Positions 26,319 to 36,556 are shown, counted from the stretch's first letter. The stretch is 64,000 nt of DNA from Clostridiaceae bacterium (GCA_032095175.1 DAMCZI010000006.1:20328-84327), one strand, 5' to 3'. Notes: generated by a model from the letters alone, not told the origin. Translations and numbers: made by a program.

Positions 26319-27608
26319 ATGTTAGATATCAACCTAATAAGGGAAGATACCCAAAGGGTAACGAATGCTTTATTGAAGCGTATAGATAATGTGGACTTTT
26401 CACAACTCCTTGATTGGGATAGTGAAAGAAGAGAAACAATATCAAAAATGGAAGAGCTTCAAAGTAAACGAAACCAGATGTCAAAGGAGATAGGGGCTTT
26501 AATAAAAAACGGCAAGGATGTAAAGGAGCATAATGCAAAGGTTAAGGAGATATCACAGGATATCAAAGTTCTAGAGGAAAAGCTCAATTCAACACTAGAG
26601 AAAATAGATGACTTCCTCAGAGGACTCCCAAACATACCCGATGATGATGTACTTTCTGGAGGAAAAGAAAACAACAAGGTTATAAGAGAATGGGGCAATA
26701 AGCCCAACTTTGATTTTGAATTCAAAAACCATGTTGACCTCGTTAAAAATCTGGATTTAATTGATTATGACAGAGGTATTAAGCTTGGTGGAACAGGCTT
26801 TTGGGTCTACAAGGGTGATGGAGCCTTACTGGAATGGGCACTTCTAAACTATTTTATAGAAACTCATATTGCAGATGGCTATGAATTTATACTTCCTCCC
26901 CATATTCTAACCTACCAGTGTGGATATGCAGCAGGACAGTTCCCTAAATTTGAGGATGATGTATTTCAGCTGAAGGAGAAGGAAGGGAAAAACTATACCC
27001 AATTTATTTTACCAACATCCGAAACAGCACTTATTAATCTGCATCGAGATGAAATATTAAAGGAAGAGGAACTTCCTAAAAAGTATTTTTCCTACACTCC
27101 ATGCTATAGAAGAGAAGCTGGTGGAGGCCATGCAAATGAAAGGGGAATGATCAGGGGACACCAGTTTAATAAGGTTGAAATGTTCCAATATGCAAAACCA
27201 GAGGATTCAGATAAGGCATTTGAAGAGCTAATTACCAAGGCTGAAAAATTAGTTCAGGGATTAGGACTCCACTACAGGGTAAGCAAGCTTGCAGCAAGAG
27301 ATTGCAGCGCATCCATGGCAAGGACCTATGATATTGAAATATGGATTCCAAGTATGAATGAATATAAAGAAGTAAGCTCTGCTTCAAATGCCCGTGATTA
27401 TCAGGCAAGAAGGGGAAAAATCAGATTCAAAAGAGAAGGCAGCAAGAAAACAGAATTTGTTCATACATTAAATGCTTCAGGACTTGCAACCAGCAGACTG
27501 CTTCCTGCCATAGTTGAACAGTTCCAGCAAAGTGATGGAAGTGTTGTTGTTCCTGAGGTTTTAAGGAAATGGGTTGGGAAGAGTGTACTATATCCCAAAA
27601 ATATATAA
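26319..27608 (+). CDS. serS: seryl-tRNA synthetase
   Basis: class II aaRS motifs (FQFNKVEMF, GLATSRLL) and N-terminal coiled coil. Confidence 0.95.
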   Translation: MLDINLIREDTQRVTNALLKRIDNVDFSQLLDWDSERRETISKMEELQSKRNQMSKEIGALIKNGKDVKEHNAKVKEISQDIKVLEEKLNSTLEKIDDFLRGLPNIPDDDVLSGGKENNKVIREWGNKPNFDFEFKNHVDLVKNLDLIDYDRGIKLGGTGFWVYKGDGALLEWALLNYFIETHIADGYEFILPPHILTYQCGYAAGQFPKFEDDVFQLKEKEGKNYTQFILPTSETALINLHRDEILKEEELPKKYFSYTPCYRREAGGGHANERGMIRGHQFNKVEMFQYAKPEDSDKAFEELITKAEKLVQGLGLHYRVSKLAARDCSASMARTYDIEIWIPSMNEYKEVSSASNARDYQARRGKIRFKREGSKKTEFVHTLNASGLATSRLLPAIVEQFQQSDGSVVVPEVLRKWVGKSVLYPKNI

Positions 27609-27645
27609 TTAGCTTTTTTATTAATGATAGAATAAAAGCTCTAGG

Positions 27646-27696
27646 TATGAAGCAAGCTGCATGATGTAAGTTATACATCCTGCAGCTTGCTTCATA
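27646..27696. terminator. 16-bp-stem bidirectional terminator hairpin between serS and rtcB
   Basis: tatgaagcaagctgca...tgcagcttgcttcata. Confidence 0.6.
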
Positions 27697-27704
27697 CATG
27701 GCAT

Positions 27705-28940
27705 TTATCCCTTTACAACTCCCAGGGTAGAAAGTCTCTTTGTTACTGTAATAAGATCAAGTTCATTTGCTATTACTGTTTCAATATCCTTATAAGAAAA
27801 ACGGCATTCTTCTGCAACGTCGGATTTATTATGTTTTCCCAGAACTACTCCTGTCTTCTTTAAATCAAGCATTACTTCCTCAACAGAATAGGTCTCCTTA
27901 GCTTTTGTTCTAGATAATCGTCTGCCTGCACCATGTGAGCATGAATTAAAGCTTTCTTCACAGCCATTTCCAGTTACAATATAGCTGTATGAACCCATAG
28001 ATCCCGGTATTATTCCTAAATCACCACTTCTTGCTCTTATAGCACCCTTTCTATGTACCCAAACATTCTTACCATAATGATGTTCCATAGCTGCATAATT
28101 ATGATGGCAGTTTATTAAGTTTGAATATTCTACGGTGCAATTAATAGTCCTATCACACCACTTTGTAAATATTTCCTTAACCATTTCTATCATTCGTTGC
28201 CTGTTTTCCCTTGCAAATTCTAAAGCCATGTTCATATAGCTTATATATGCCTGTCCTTCCTCTGTATCAACTGGTAAAAATGCTAATCTATATTCGTCTG
28301 GAACCTCTGAGTACCATTTCCTATTTAATTCCCTTGCTGCATTATGAAAATAGTCGCAAATCTTATGTCCTAAGTGTCGGCTTCCAGAATGCAGCATTAT
28401 GCATACATGACCATTTTCATCCTGCTGCAATTCAATGAAGTGATTCCCTCCTCCAAGAGTTCCAACTTGATAATACAAGTCTTCAATCTCAGGTATAAGG
28501 TTAGGTGCAAAGTTATACTTATCAAGGTTATTAAGTGCCTCATCTGCTGACTTGCATTCCTGTTTTTCCTTATGATGATTAAATCCTACAGGGATATTTC
28601 TTAAAATATCTCCTATTATACACTGTAAAAGTGTCCCTGATTTTGTTATAGTTTCAGTAAGCATCCTTGCTTCAATATTAGTTTGAGCAAAAGCCATTCC
28701 ACAGCCAATATCCACACCTACGGCATTAGGGATAATAACTCCATCAGTTGCTATGACTCCACCTATTGGCATTCCCTTTCCTGCATGGGTATCAGGCATA
28801 AGGGCCACCCATTTATGTAAAAATGGAAGTCTTGACAGGTTATGCGCCTGCATTAAGCATTCTTCTTCCATCTCAATTTCATTTGAAAGCCATACCTTTA
28901 TAGGATATTTCTGCTCATTTAAATTTGTTACTACATACAT
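27705..28940 (-). CDS. rtcB: RtcB-family RNA 3'-phosphate ligase
   Basis: metal and GMP-binding motifs (PDTHAGKGMPIGG, DIGCGM, GTLGGGNHFIE, SCSHGAGR). Confidence 0.9.
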   Translation of the reverse strand: MYVVTNLNEQKYPIKVWLSNEIEMEEECLMQAHNLSRLPFLHKWVALMPDTHAGKGMPIGGVIATDGVIIPNAVGVDIGCGMAFAQTNIEARMLTETITKSGTLLQCIIGDILRNIPVGFNHHKEKQECKSADEALNNLDKYNFAPNLIPEIEDLYYQVGTLGGGNHFIELQQDENGHVCIMLHSGSRHLGHKICDYFHNAARELNRKWYSEVPDEYRLAFLPVDTEEGQAYISYMNMALEFARENRQRMIEMVKEIFTKWCDRTINCTVEYSNLINCHHNYAAMEHHYGKNVWVHRKGAIRARSGDLGIIPGSMGSYSYIVTGNGCEESFNSCSHGAGRRLSRTKAKETYSVEEVMLDLKKTGVVLGKHNKSDVAEECRFSYKDIETVIANELDLITVTKRLSTLGVVKG

Positions 28941-29184
28941 ACAAATCTCTCCTTAACTGTTTTAATTGTATTATAAATTGACAACTACTTAATATCATTA
29001 AAAAAAGTTTGCGATATATAGAATACCGCGGTTACCTAATAACAGATATTTCTATGCAACTGCATTTATGATTCTATAAACATCTCTAAAAATTTAATTT
29101 GTTCCATACATCAGGATGTATAAGAATGTTATAATTATATAAATTGTATTAAATTTAAATATTATTAATGTATGGTGATAAACT

Positions 29185-30426
29185 ATGTCAGGATATACTG
29201 AACTAATTAAAAACTTTGAAAAAATCAGGGCCTTTGCTCGTGATTTCTACATCTATGGATTTAAGGGACGAGGTGATTATCATAGCGTTTCTCCTCGAAG
29301 TTATGATAATGAGCGCAGAAGAATAGAAAGCTATCTAAGTGAACATATAGTGAAAAACCGTGATAGCAAAGGGAAAACTATTTCCATATCCTCTAATACA
29401 GTTGCAAAGACCTCAAACCCTTTATTTAAGATATGGCAGACAAAATCCTTCACTAAAAAGGATTGTTTTCTTCATTTTGTAATATTGGATATTCTCTCTC
29501 AGAACAGTAATTTAAGTGTAGTGGAGATTGCAGAAATAATAACTAAAGACTATACAAGTGAATTAATTCCAGGTGAACCCATTGACACGATGACAATCCG
29601 AAACAAGTTAAATGAATACACAAAGCTTGGAATATTAAAAACAGAGAAGCTTGGTAAAATTCTATGCTACTCTTTATGTGATAACCCAATATGTTGTTTA
29701 AATCCAAACACAATAGAGAATCTTAATACAGCTTTATCCTATTATAAAAATGTACTACCCTTGGGATTTATAGGTCATTCGATAAATAATACAGTGGACA
29801 GCCCCTTTATATATAGGCAGATTTTCTTTGCTCAAATACTTGATAATGAAGTACTGCTTAACATATTTGGCGCTATGAACAATAAGAAGGTTATTAAGCT
29901 TAATATAATCAGCAGTAAAAGCAATAGAGGAACTAAGACATCAGTTATTCCTCTTAAGATTTTGTCTAATACAAAGACTGGCAGGCAGTATATTGCGGTT
30001 TACAGTGTAAATAAGAATAAATTCTCCACTGTTCGGCTTGATTACATAAAGGATATATCCTTAGGAGATATATATTCTGAATATGATAGTGTTAAAACTG
30101 AATATGAACTGCGATCTAAAAATGCCTTCTCAATAATGCATCAAGTAACAGAGAAACCTCATAATGTGAGGATGCTTATTAGTATTGACGAAAATACTGA
30201 ACAATATATGCTTGAAAGACTTAAGAGAGAAGGTAAACATGGTGTTATAGCAAAGGTATCCTCTAATGTTTTTGAATACAGCATAGATGTTTCGGATACT
30301 CTTGAGATGGTTCCTTGGCTTAGAACCTTTATAGGCAGAATTATTGAAATAGAAGGCAGTGAAACCCATGTTATAGCACAGTTTAAAAGGGATATTAATT
30401 CTATGGCAGCGATGTATTGTAAGTAA
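29185..30426 (+). CDS. WYL-domain transcriptional regulator (wHTH - WYL - WCX architecture), first of a tandem pair
   Basis: DeoR-like wHTH (LSVVEIAEIITKD...TIRNKLNEYTKLGIL), WYL domain (GRQYIAVYSVNKNKFSTVRLDYIKDI), C-terminal WCX-like domain. Confidence 0.65.
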   Translation: MSGYTELIKNFEKIRAFARDFYIYGFKGRGDYHSVSPRSYDNERRRIESYLSEHIVKNRDSKGKTISISSNTVAKTSNPLFKIWQTKSFTKKDCFLHFVILDILSQNSNLSVVEIAEIITKDYTSELIPGEPIDTMTIRNKLNEYTKLGILKTEKLGKILCYSLCDNPICCLNPNTIENLNTALSYYKNVLPLGFIGHSINNTVDSPFIYRQIFFAQILDNEVLLNIFGAMNNKKVIKLNIISSKSNRGTKTSVIPLKILSNTKTGRQYIAVYSVNKNKFSTVRLDYIKDISLGDIYSEYDSVKTEYELRSKNAFSIMHQVTEKPHNVRMLISIDENTEQYMLERLKREGKHGVIAKVSSNVFEYSIDVSDTLEMVPWLRTFIGRIIEIEGSETHVIAQFKRDINSMAAMYCK

Positions 30427-30439
30427 AGTAGGTGTTTAT

Positions 30440-31414
30440 ATGAATGATATTTATAATGAGATATATGGTCTATACTATTTTATGCTTGAAATAATACTTG
30501 GACAGGCATCTAAAAGTCCTGTGACACTAGAAGAAATCAACAATATAGTAGCTCAATATGGTTTTTCAGAAAGCAGCATATACTTTACTCCTGATGTTAT
30601 ATCCAACGGTGAAGGATATAATCTTTTGAAGAAATCCGATGCTGACTATAATTCTGTTCTTAAGTCCAGCCCCACAAAATTTTTAACAGACCTTCAAAAG
30701 TGCTTCATAAAAAGTATGCTCCTTGATAAGAAGCTTCGCTTATTTTTTGAGGACAGCATGCTGGATGAGCTAAATAAACTATTTTCTGATATAAATCCCC
30801 TCTTCAATCCTTATGATATTATCCTTACTGAAACGGCTCTTGATAGCGATAATTATTCAGATGAGAAATATATTAAAAACTTTAAAACCATACTTCAATC
30901 CATAAGTAATAACAATGCTTTAAGGGTTTGTTTCAACAATTCAAGGGGTGAGCGTAAAACAATAAAGCTTGCTCCATATAAGCTGGAATACGGGATTCGT
31001 GATGATAAATTTCGTCTATGTGGCGTTAGTATAGTTCATGAAAAAGCTAAAAGCTATGTAAAGCTTAATGTTGCAAGAATGTTATCCATATCCGTCCTTA
31101 ATCAGTCCTTTGACATTGATTTTGAAGCCTTCATAGCTGCAAAAAAGAAGCCTGAACCCATTGAAATAGAAGTGTCTAATCTTCGTAATGGCTTTGAAAG
31201 GGTTTTTATAGGTTTGTCAAGCTATGAGAGAATATCGAGCTTTCATGAAGAATCAGGCAAATGCAGAATTAAAATCTACTATAATGATGATGACGAGCAG
31301 GAACTTTTGATACTTCTATTGTCATTTGGACCTGCAATTAAGGTTTTGGGTCCTATGGATTTTAAATTGAAATTTAAAGAGAGAATAGAAAGGCAGTTTC
31401 AAATGCTAAAATAG
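30440..31414 (+). CDS. WYL-domain transcriptional regulator, second of a tandem pair (PafB/PafC-like arrangement)
   Basis: WYL domain (ALRVCFNNSRGERKTIKLAPYKLEYGIRDDKFRLCG); WCX domain (LLSFGPAIKVLGPMDFKLKFKERIERQ). Confidence 0.7.
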   Translation: MNDIYNEIYGLYYFMLEIILGQASKSPVTLEEINNIVAQYGFSESSIYFTPDVISNGEGYNLLKKSDADYNSVLKSSPTKFLTDLQKCFIKSMLLDKKLRLFFEDSMLDELNKLFSDINPLFNPYDIILTETALDSDNYSDEKYIKNFKTILQSISNNNALRVCFNNSRGERKTIKLAPYKLEYGIRDDKFRLCGVSIVHEKAKSYVKLNVARMLSISVLNQSFDIDFEAFIAAKKKPEPIEIEVSNLRNGFERVFIGLSSYERISSFHEESGKCRIKIYYNDDDEQELLILLLSFGPAIKVLGPMDFKLKFKERIERQFQMLK

Positions 31415-31441
31415 AAAGCCCCAGGCTTATATACCTGAGGC

Positions 31442-32566
31442 CTATTCATCTTTCTTTTCAATTAAGCTCATTAGCTGCTCTAGAACTCCAGCATTTGACG
31501 AAAGCGAGATATTACCAACCTTGTCGCAAATATGTTCAAGATATTCAAGTTCCTTTAATCTATATAATGTTTTATTTTCATCCATTAGCTTTGCTGTATT
31601 AAGCAAGCTTCTAGTAGAGGCTGTCTCTTCCCTGCGAGTTATTACATTTGCATATGCCTTTTTCTCTGCAATTAGCACAGTATTTAATATATCCTTTATA
31701 TCCCCAGGAAGAATTATATCCTTAACTCCTGCTTCAACAAATTCTACACCAAATTGTTCCTCTTTAGACTTAACTTCCTTCAATATTATAGTTCCTATCT
31801 CATGCTTTTCTGCAAGAAGCTGATCCAGCTTTCTTGTTGCTACATATTCTCTTAAGGCAAGCTGCATAGTTGTATAAAGCTGCTGCTCAAAATTATCAAA
31901 CTCCATTGCTATCTTTACTGCATCTGTTATTCTATATTGAAATATAAAGTTCATTCGAAGTGTTACTTTATCTTCAGATAATAGTTCCTGTCCGGATATT
32001 TCAATCAGCCTTTTTCTGATATCAACTACTTTTACCTCAATACTATTTATACCCTTTAAGAAATAATGGGTACCCGCTGGCAGAGTTTTTACGAACTCCC
32101 CATTCATTGTTAAAATTCCAAGCTTACCAGTTGGTACTATAAATATATCAATGTATTTGCTTCCCTGATTTTTAAAATATTCATTCTTAAATATAGACTT
32201 GTCAATTTCATCAGGGACAAAGGGATTATTAGTATCTAAAACAAAAAATGTATGCTTTTTTAGTGTATTAAAATATGCATGCTGACCACTGGCAATAATA
32301 TCACAAAAGTTCCCCTCAGAATAATGTAGAGCTATTTCATTATCTTTAAGATTAATTACATCAAGCTTTTCAGCGAAAATCCTATCTTCTAAGAACAATG
32401 CAAGTTCATAGCCTGGGTCAAATTTATCCGCCATGTCTACAGAGAGTATCCACTTTTTTGAAAATGGCATAGTAATGTAGGTTCTAGGCGTCAAGGCCTT
32501 AATAAAGCTGTTGTTTTTAAATAACAAACCTACTTCATATGTATTTACAACATATTTCATAAACAT
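31442..32566 (-). CDS. SPFH/Band-7 domain protein
   Basis: SPFH core (TLRMNFIFQYRITDAVKIAMEFDNFEQQLYTTMQLALREYVATRKLDQLL...GVEFVEAGVKDIILP) and C-terminal coiled coil. Confidence 0.6.
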   Translation of the reverse strand: MFMKYVVNTYEVGLLFKNNSFIKALTPRTYITMPFSKKWILSVDMADKFDPGYELALFLEDRIFAEKLDVINLKDNEIALHYSEGNFCDIIASGQHAYFNTLKKHTFFVLDTNNPFVPDEIDKSIFKNEYFKNQGSKYIDIFIVPTGKLGILTMNGEFVKTLPAGTHYFLKGINSIEVKVVDIRKRLIEISGQELLSEDKVTLRMNFIFQYRITDAVKIAMEFDNFEQQLYTTMQLALREYVATRKLDQLLAEKHEIGTIILKEVKSKEEQFGVEFVEAGVKDIILPGDIKDILNTVLIAEKKAYANVITRREETASTRSLLNTAKLMDENKTLYRLKELEYLEHICDKVGNISLSSNAGVLEQLMSLIEKKDE

Positions 32567-32639
32567 CCCACCTCGTATAATAAGTTTATAGTCAGTTAAA
32601 TGATTGCTATAAACTTATTTATTTTTATATTTTAGTATA

Positions 32640-34330
32640 GACAAGAATGTGTCTGTGTCTTTCTGTGGGTATTCTCCCAATTCCGTAATTGCTGTCTGTT
32701 TTACTTTCCTATCTATACAGATTTCATTAACTATTTATAAAGGAATTCCCTAATGCTAAAATATTTCTAATGGAACTTTAGCGAAGGTTACTGCTTATCT
32801 CTCCTGCAAAACTATTTGTTATTGCCTATTAAGCTTGCAGCCTGACCAGAGTATCACATTCTGCTTACACAAATGTTGCATCTCCATTCGTAGCCACCAG
32901 CAAGGTATTTCGCTTGGATGAATGCTGATTACGCGAGGTTGCAGTCAGTGCTCTGGATTAGGATAATTCCTTTCTAAGTTTCCTCATTACTCTCGAAAGG
33001 TGGTGATTTCATGAAGAAGATAGACTACTTATCAACTCTATTTGTTGGTATTGATATTGGTGCGAGACAAAATGTTGTCTCCGCAATTAACTTTGAACAA
33101 GAGTTTTTAATCCAAATGAAACCTGTTCCTAATACACAATCTGGTGCAGATCAATTAGAAGCTATGCTTGCTGATATACTTAGCAATAGTACCTTTAGAG
33201 CTGTCATAATTGGCTTAGAATCCACTTCATTTTATGGAGTGCATATTGCAAATTTCTTATCTGCCAGTGAAAAGCTTATGCCATACAAGCCCTTTGTTTA
33301 CTGTTTGAATCCTAAGGAAATTGCTAACTACAAAGCTTCCTTTAATGCCCTCGATAAAAATGATGGCATTGATTCTTTTGTTATTGCTGATTTTGCAAGG
33401 GTTGGCAGAATTCACACCGAACCTTGGCGTGGTTCTCAATATCTTGCTTTGCAAAGGCTTACAAGACACAGGCTCCATATTGTTGATTGCTTAACTAGAG
33501 AAAAAACTTATATGCTCTCAAATGTATTTCTCAAGTTTAGTGAATTTGCTTTGTTACAGGGTGATGAACATCCTTTTTCTGATAAATACGGTGCTACTGC
33601 TTCTTCCATATTGACTGATTTTCTATCTTCTGAGGACATTGCAAATACTTCGATTGAAGATCTTGTTGATTTTGTCAATAAAAAAAGTCGCAAGCGAATT
33701 TCTAATCCTCAAATGACTGCTGAAGTTTTACAACAGGCTGCACGTAATTCATACCGCCTTGATAAATGTTTGTATGAGCCTTTGACAACTTCTATTGCCT
33801 GTTCTTTCAACTGTATTCAGGCCTTCGAGAAGGAGCTTAAAGCTATTAACAAGGCTATTGAAAAAACTGTTATGGGAATGAATCCTGTGGAATATCAGAT
33901 TCTCATGTCAATCCCAGGCTTTGGTCCTGTTTACTCCAGTGGTATTCTCGCTGAGCTAGGTAGTGTCCATGCATTTCCTAACAATGATGCCATTGCTAAA
34001 TACGCTGGCATCGTGTGGAAAGAAAATCAATCTGGTGGTTTCAAAGCTGAAAACACACCTATGAACAAGGCAGGTAATCGCTATTTGCGCTATTATCTGA
34101 TAGAAGCTGCTGGAAGTGTCGTAAGACACATTCCTGAGTATCAGGTATTCTATCAGAAGAAATTTGCTGAAGTAACTACTCATCAGCACAAACGAGCACT
34201 CGCACTAACATCTCGTAAACTAATTCGTTTGATTTTTGGATTGCTGGCTAAAAATCAACTCTACTCTTCAAATAGAGTAGATTAATCTATATAGAATTTA
34301 CGAACATACGTTCTGGTTTCGGAGTATGTT
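32640..34330 (+). mobile_element. IS110-family insertion sequence (boundaries approximate; this family has no inverted repeats)
   Basis: contains an IS110-type transposase gene preceded by a ~370-bp leader typical of the family. Confidence 0.6.
33011..34285 (+). CDS. IS110-family transposase (DEDD N-terminal domain plus Transposase_20 C-terminal domain)
   Basis: VGIDIGARQNV...; C-terminal YQILMSIPGFGPVYSSGILAELGSVHAFPNNDAIAKYAGIVWKENQSGG. Confidence 0.85.
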   Translation: MKKIDYLSTLFVGIDIGARQNVVSAINFEQEFLIQMKPVPNTQSGADQLEAMLADILSNSTFRAVIIGLESTSFYGVHIANFLSASEKLMPYKPFVYCLNPKEIANYKASFNALDKNDGIDSFVIADFARVGRIHTEPWRGSQYLALQRLTRHRLHIVDCLTREKTYMLSNVFLKFSEFALLQGDEHPFSDKYGATASSILTDFLSSEDIANTSIEDLVDFVNKKSRKRISNPQMTAEVLQQAARNSYRLDKCLYEPLTTSIACSFNCIQAFEKELKAINKAIEKTVMGMNPVEYQILMSIPGFGPVYSSGILAELGSVHAFPNNDAIAKYAGIVWKENQSGGFKAENTPMNKAGNRYLRYYLIEAAGSVVRHIPEYQVFYQKKFAEVTTHQHKRALALTSRKLIRLIFGLLAKNQLYSSNRVD

Positions 34331-34402
34331 TATTAAGGTTACCCTATTTTAAAAAAATCATTTCATATTCTTTTCATTTTGTTCTTGACATATTACCAAA
34401 TT

Positions 34403-34830
34403 GCTTTATATATTCAATGCACTTTATGGTGCTATTTTTACGAAGGCTGGCAAAAAGTTTATAGCAAATTCCAACGGGCAAAAATTAAGTATGCTTTAAA
34501 CTAGCTGGAAGCTTAAAGCTCTGAGCTAATTTAAATGTAGAAGCTATTCCACAATACATACGATATCCTTTAATGCACAGGGTTAGTTTCTGCTTGCTAG
34601 AGCAAGAAAAGGGCTTGCTTTATATATTCAATGCACTTTATGGTGCTATTTTTACGAAGGCTGGCAAAAAGTTTATAGCAAATTCCAACGGGCAAAAATT
34701 AAGTATGCTTTAAACTAGCTGGAAGCTTAAAGCTCTGAGCTAATTTAAATGTAGAAGCTATTCCACAATACATACGATATCCTTTAATGCACAGGGTTAG
34801 TTTCTGCTTGCTAGAGCAAGAAAAGGGCTT
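34403..34830. repeat. perfect tandem duplication, 2 x ~214 bp
   Basis: 34403-34616 and 34617-34830 identical by eye; no ORF on either strand. Confidence 0.8.
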
Positions 34831-34892
34831 GCTTTAGCTAAAACTCTTTGCCAAACCACCAAGGATAAAAATTACCGCGACAGGGTAATATT

Positions 34893-34990
34893 GGAGGGGA
34901 TTTGAACCCCGCACTTTTAGGTGCTGCCATAGCTGTGCTCTACCATTGAGCTACGCAAGCCTTAAGGGCTTGAGGAAGGATTTGAACCTT
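34893..34990 (-). other. two adjacent tRNA-like fragments (acceptor-5'/D-arm plus T-arm; T-arm plus acceptor-3') that do not fold into a canonical cloverleaf
   Basis: minus strand reads GGCTTGCGTAGCTCAATGGTAGAGCAC...GGGGTTCAAATCCCC and GAAGGTTCAAATCCTTCCTCAAGCC; anticodon-arm pairing fails. Confidence 0.35.
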
Positions 34991-35309
34991 CAACACCAGT
35001 TTCCTTTATGAATAAGCCCAGGCATACATAAGGTCAGAGACCAAATGCACCGCACAGTTTTAAAACTGAAGCATATAAGCTTATTCATACAGCTCTGTGC
35101 TGTAATTATATATTAAAACTAATTTCCTAAATTATCATAAAAAAAAGTATGCGAAAACTCTAGAAGAATTAAAAATAAATATAACAGCACTTAATGCTTA
35201 AAACCACTTGTTATTGACAAAACTAAGATTGAGAATAGACTTATGTGTTTTTTTATTATAAAATGTATTGTAATCAACTATAGGTAAAAGTACCTTAAAG
35301 GAGAATAAT

Positions 35310-36476
35310 ATGACAACAACATTTGAAGAATTAGGATTAAATCCAAACTTAATAGAAGGCTTAAAAAAAGAAGGTATAACTGAACCCACAAGTATTCAAA
35401 CTCAGGCAATACCACTTGCATTAGAAAATAAAGATATAATAGGTCAATCAATAACAGGAAGCGGAAAAACATTAGCATATCTTCTTCCTATATTTCAGAG
35501 AATGCATACAGATAAAAGGGAGATGCAGGCTATCATTTTGGCACCAACTCATGAACTGGTTATGCAGATATTTAATGTAGCAAAGCTTTTATCTCAAGAT
35601 TCAGGTCTACCTGTAACTTCAACTTCAATAATAGGTGAAGTAAATATAAAAAGGCAAATTGAAAGACTAAAGGAAAAACCACATATAATTATAGGCACTC
35701 CTGGCAGAATATTAGAGCTTATAAAATTGAGGAAAATAAGTGCGCATACTGTTAAGACCATTGTCATAGATGAGGGTGACAGGCTTCTAGATGCAAACAA
35801 TTTACCTCAAGTAAAAGACGTTATTAAAACTACCCTGAAGGACAGGCAATTAATGATGTTTTCAGCAACTATAAGTGAAGCTGCCATAAACACTGCAAAT
35901 GATTTAATGAAGGAGCCTGATGTAATAAAAATACAAGATGAGCCCATTAACCCAAACATTAATCATATGTATATAGTTTCCGAACAAAGAGAAAAGGTTG
36001 AAGTTTTACGAAAGCTAATAGCGGCAGTAAAGCCTGAAAGAGCAATTGTATTTCTAAACAAGAACGAAGAAATACAAGAGGTTACATCAAAGCTTCAATT
36101 CCATCACATTAAGGCATATGGAATATATGGCGCTGCCTCAAAGGAAGAACGAAAGAAGGGCTTAGAGGATTTTAGAAGTGGGAAAATTCAGCTATTAATA
36201 GCTTCAGATATAGCTGCGAGAGGTCTTGATATAAAGGGTTTAACCCATATTATCAATTTAGATTTGCCTGAAAATATAAAGGAGTATTTACACAGAGCAG
36301 GTAGAACTGGTAGATCAAAGGTTCTCGGTAATACCATCTCTATTGTTACTAAAAGAGAACTCCAAACACTTAAAAAAATTGAGAATACCTTTAAAATAAT
36401 AATTCAAGAAAAGACATTATATAGGGGTACTTTAATGGATTTACCTGTATTTAAAACAAAAAAACAACCGAAATAA
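35310..36476 (+). CDS. DEAD-box ATP-dependent RNA helicase
   Basis: Q motif, motif I GSGKT, PTHEL, DEGD, SAT, ARGLD, HRAGRTGR. Confidence 0.9.
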   Translation: MTTTFEELGLNPNLIEGLKKEGITEPTSIQTQAIPLALENKDIIGQSITGSGKTLAYLLPIFQRMHTDKREMQAIILAPTHELVMQIFNVAKLLSQDSGLPVTSTSIIGEVNIKRQIERLKEKPHIIIGTPGRILELIKLRKISAHTVKTIVIDEGDRLLDANNLPQVKDVIKTTLKDRQLMMFSATISEAAINTANDLMKEPDVIKIQDEPINPNINHMYIVSEQREKVEVLRKLIAAVKPERAIVFLNKNEEIQEVTSKLQFHHIKAYGIYGAASKEERKKGLEDFRSGKIQLLIASDIAARGLDIKGLTHIINLDLPENIKEYLHRAGRTGRSKVLGNTISIVTKRELQTLKKIENTFKIIIQEKTLYRGTLMDLPVFKTKKQPK

Positions 36477-36485
36477 ACAGCAATA

Positions 36486-36556
36486 GTGACAGGGAAACCT
36501 CCGAAAAAGTAAGCACTCATAAAACAGTGGTTCTTTTTTGGAGGTTTCCCTGTCAC
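36486..36556. terminator. large bidirectional hairpin (~24-bp stem) between convergent helicase and nhaC genes
   Basis: gtgacagggaaacctccgaaaaag...cttttttggaggtttccctgtcac. Confidence 0.6.

Noticed and set aside
34893-34990. Intact tRNA genes
   Set aside because: Manual folding gives correct D-arm and T-arm motifs, but no anticodon stem pairs and the acceptor strands are not complementary; retained only as tRNA-like fragments
36486-36556. Large hairpin between helicase and nhaC considered as a structured ncRNA or repeat-family member
   Set aside because: There is a single copy in the window and its position between convergent genes is adequately explained as a bidirectional terminator
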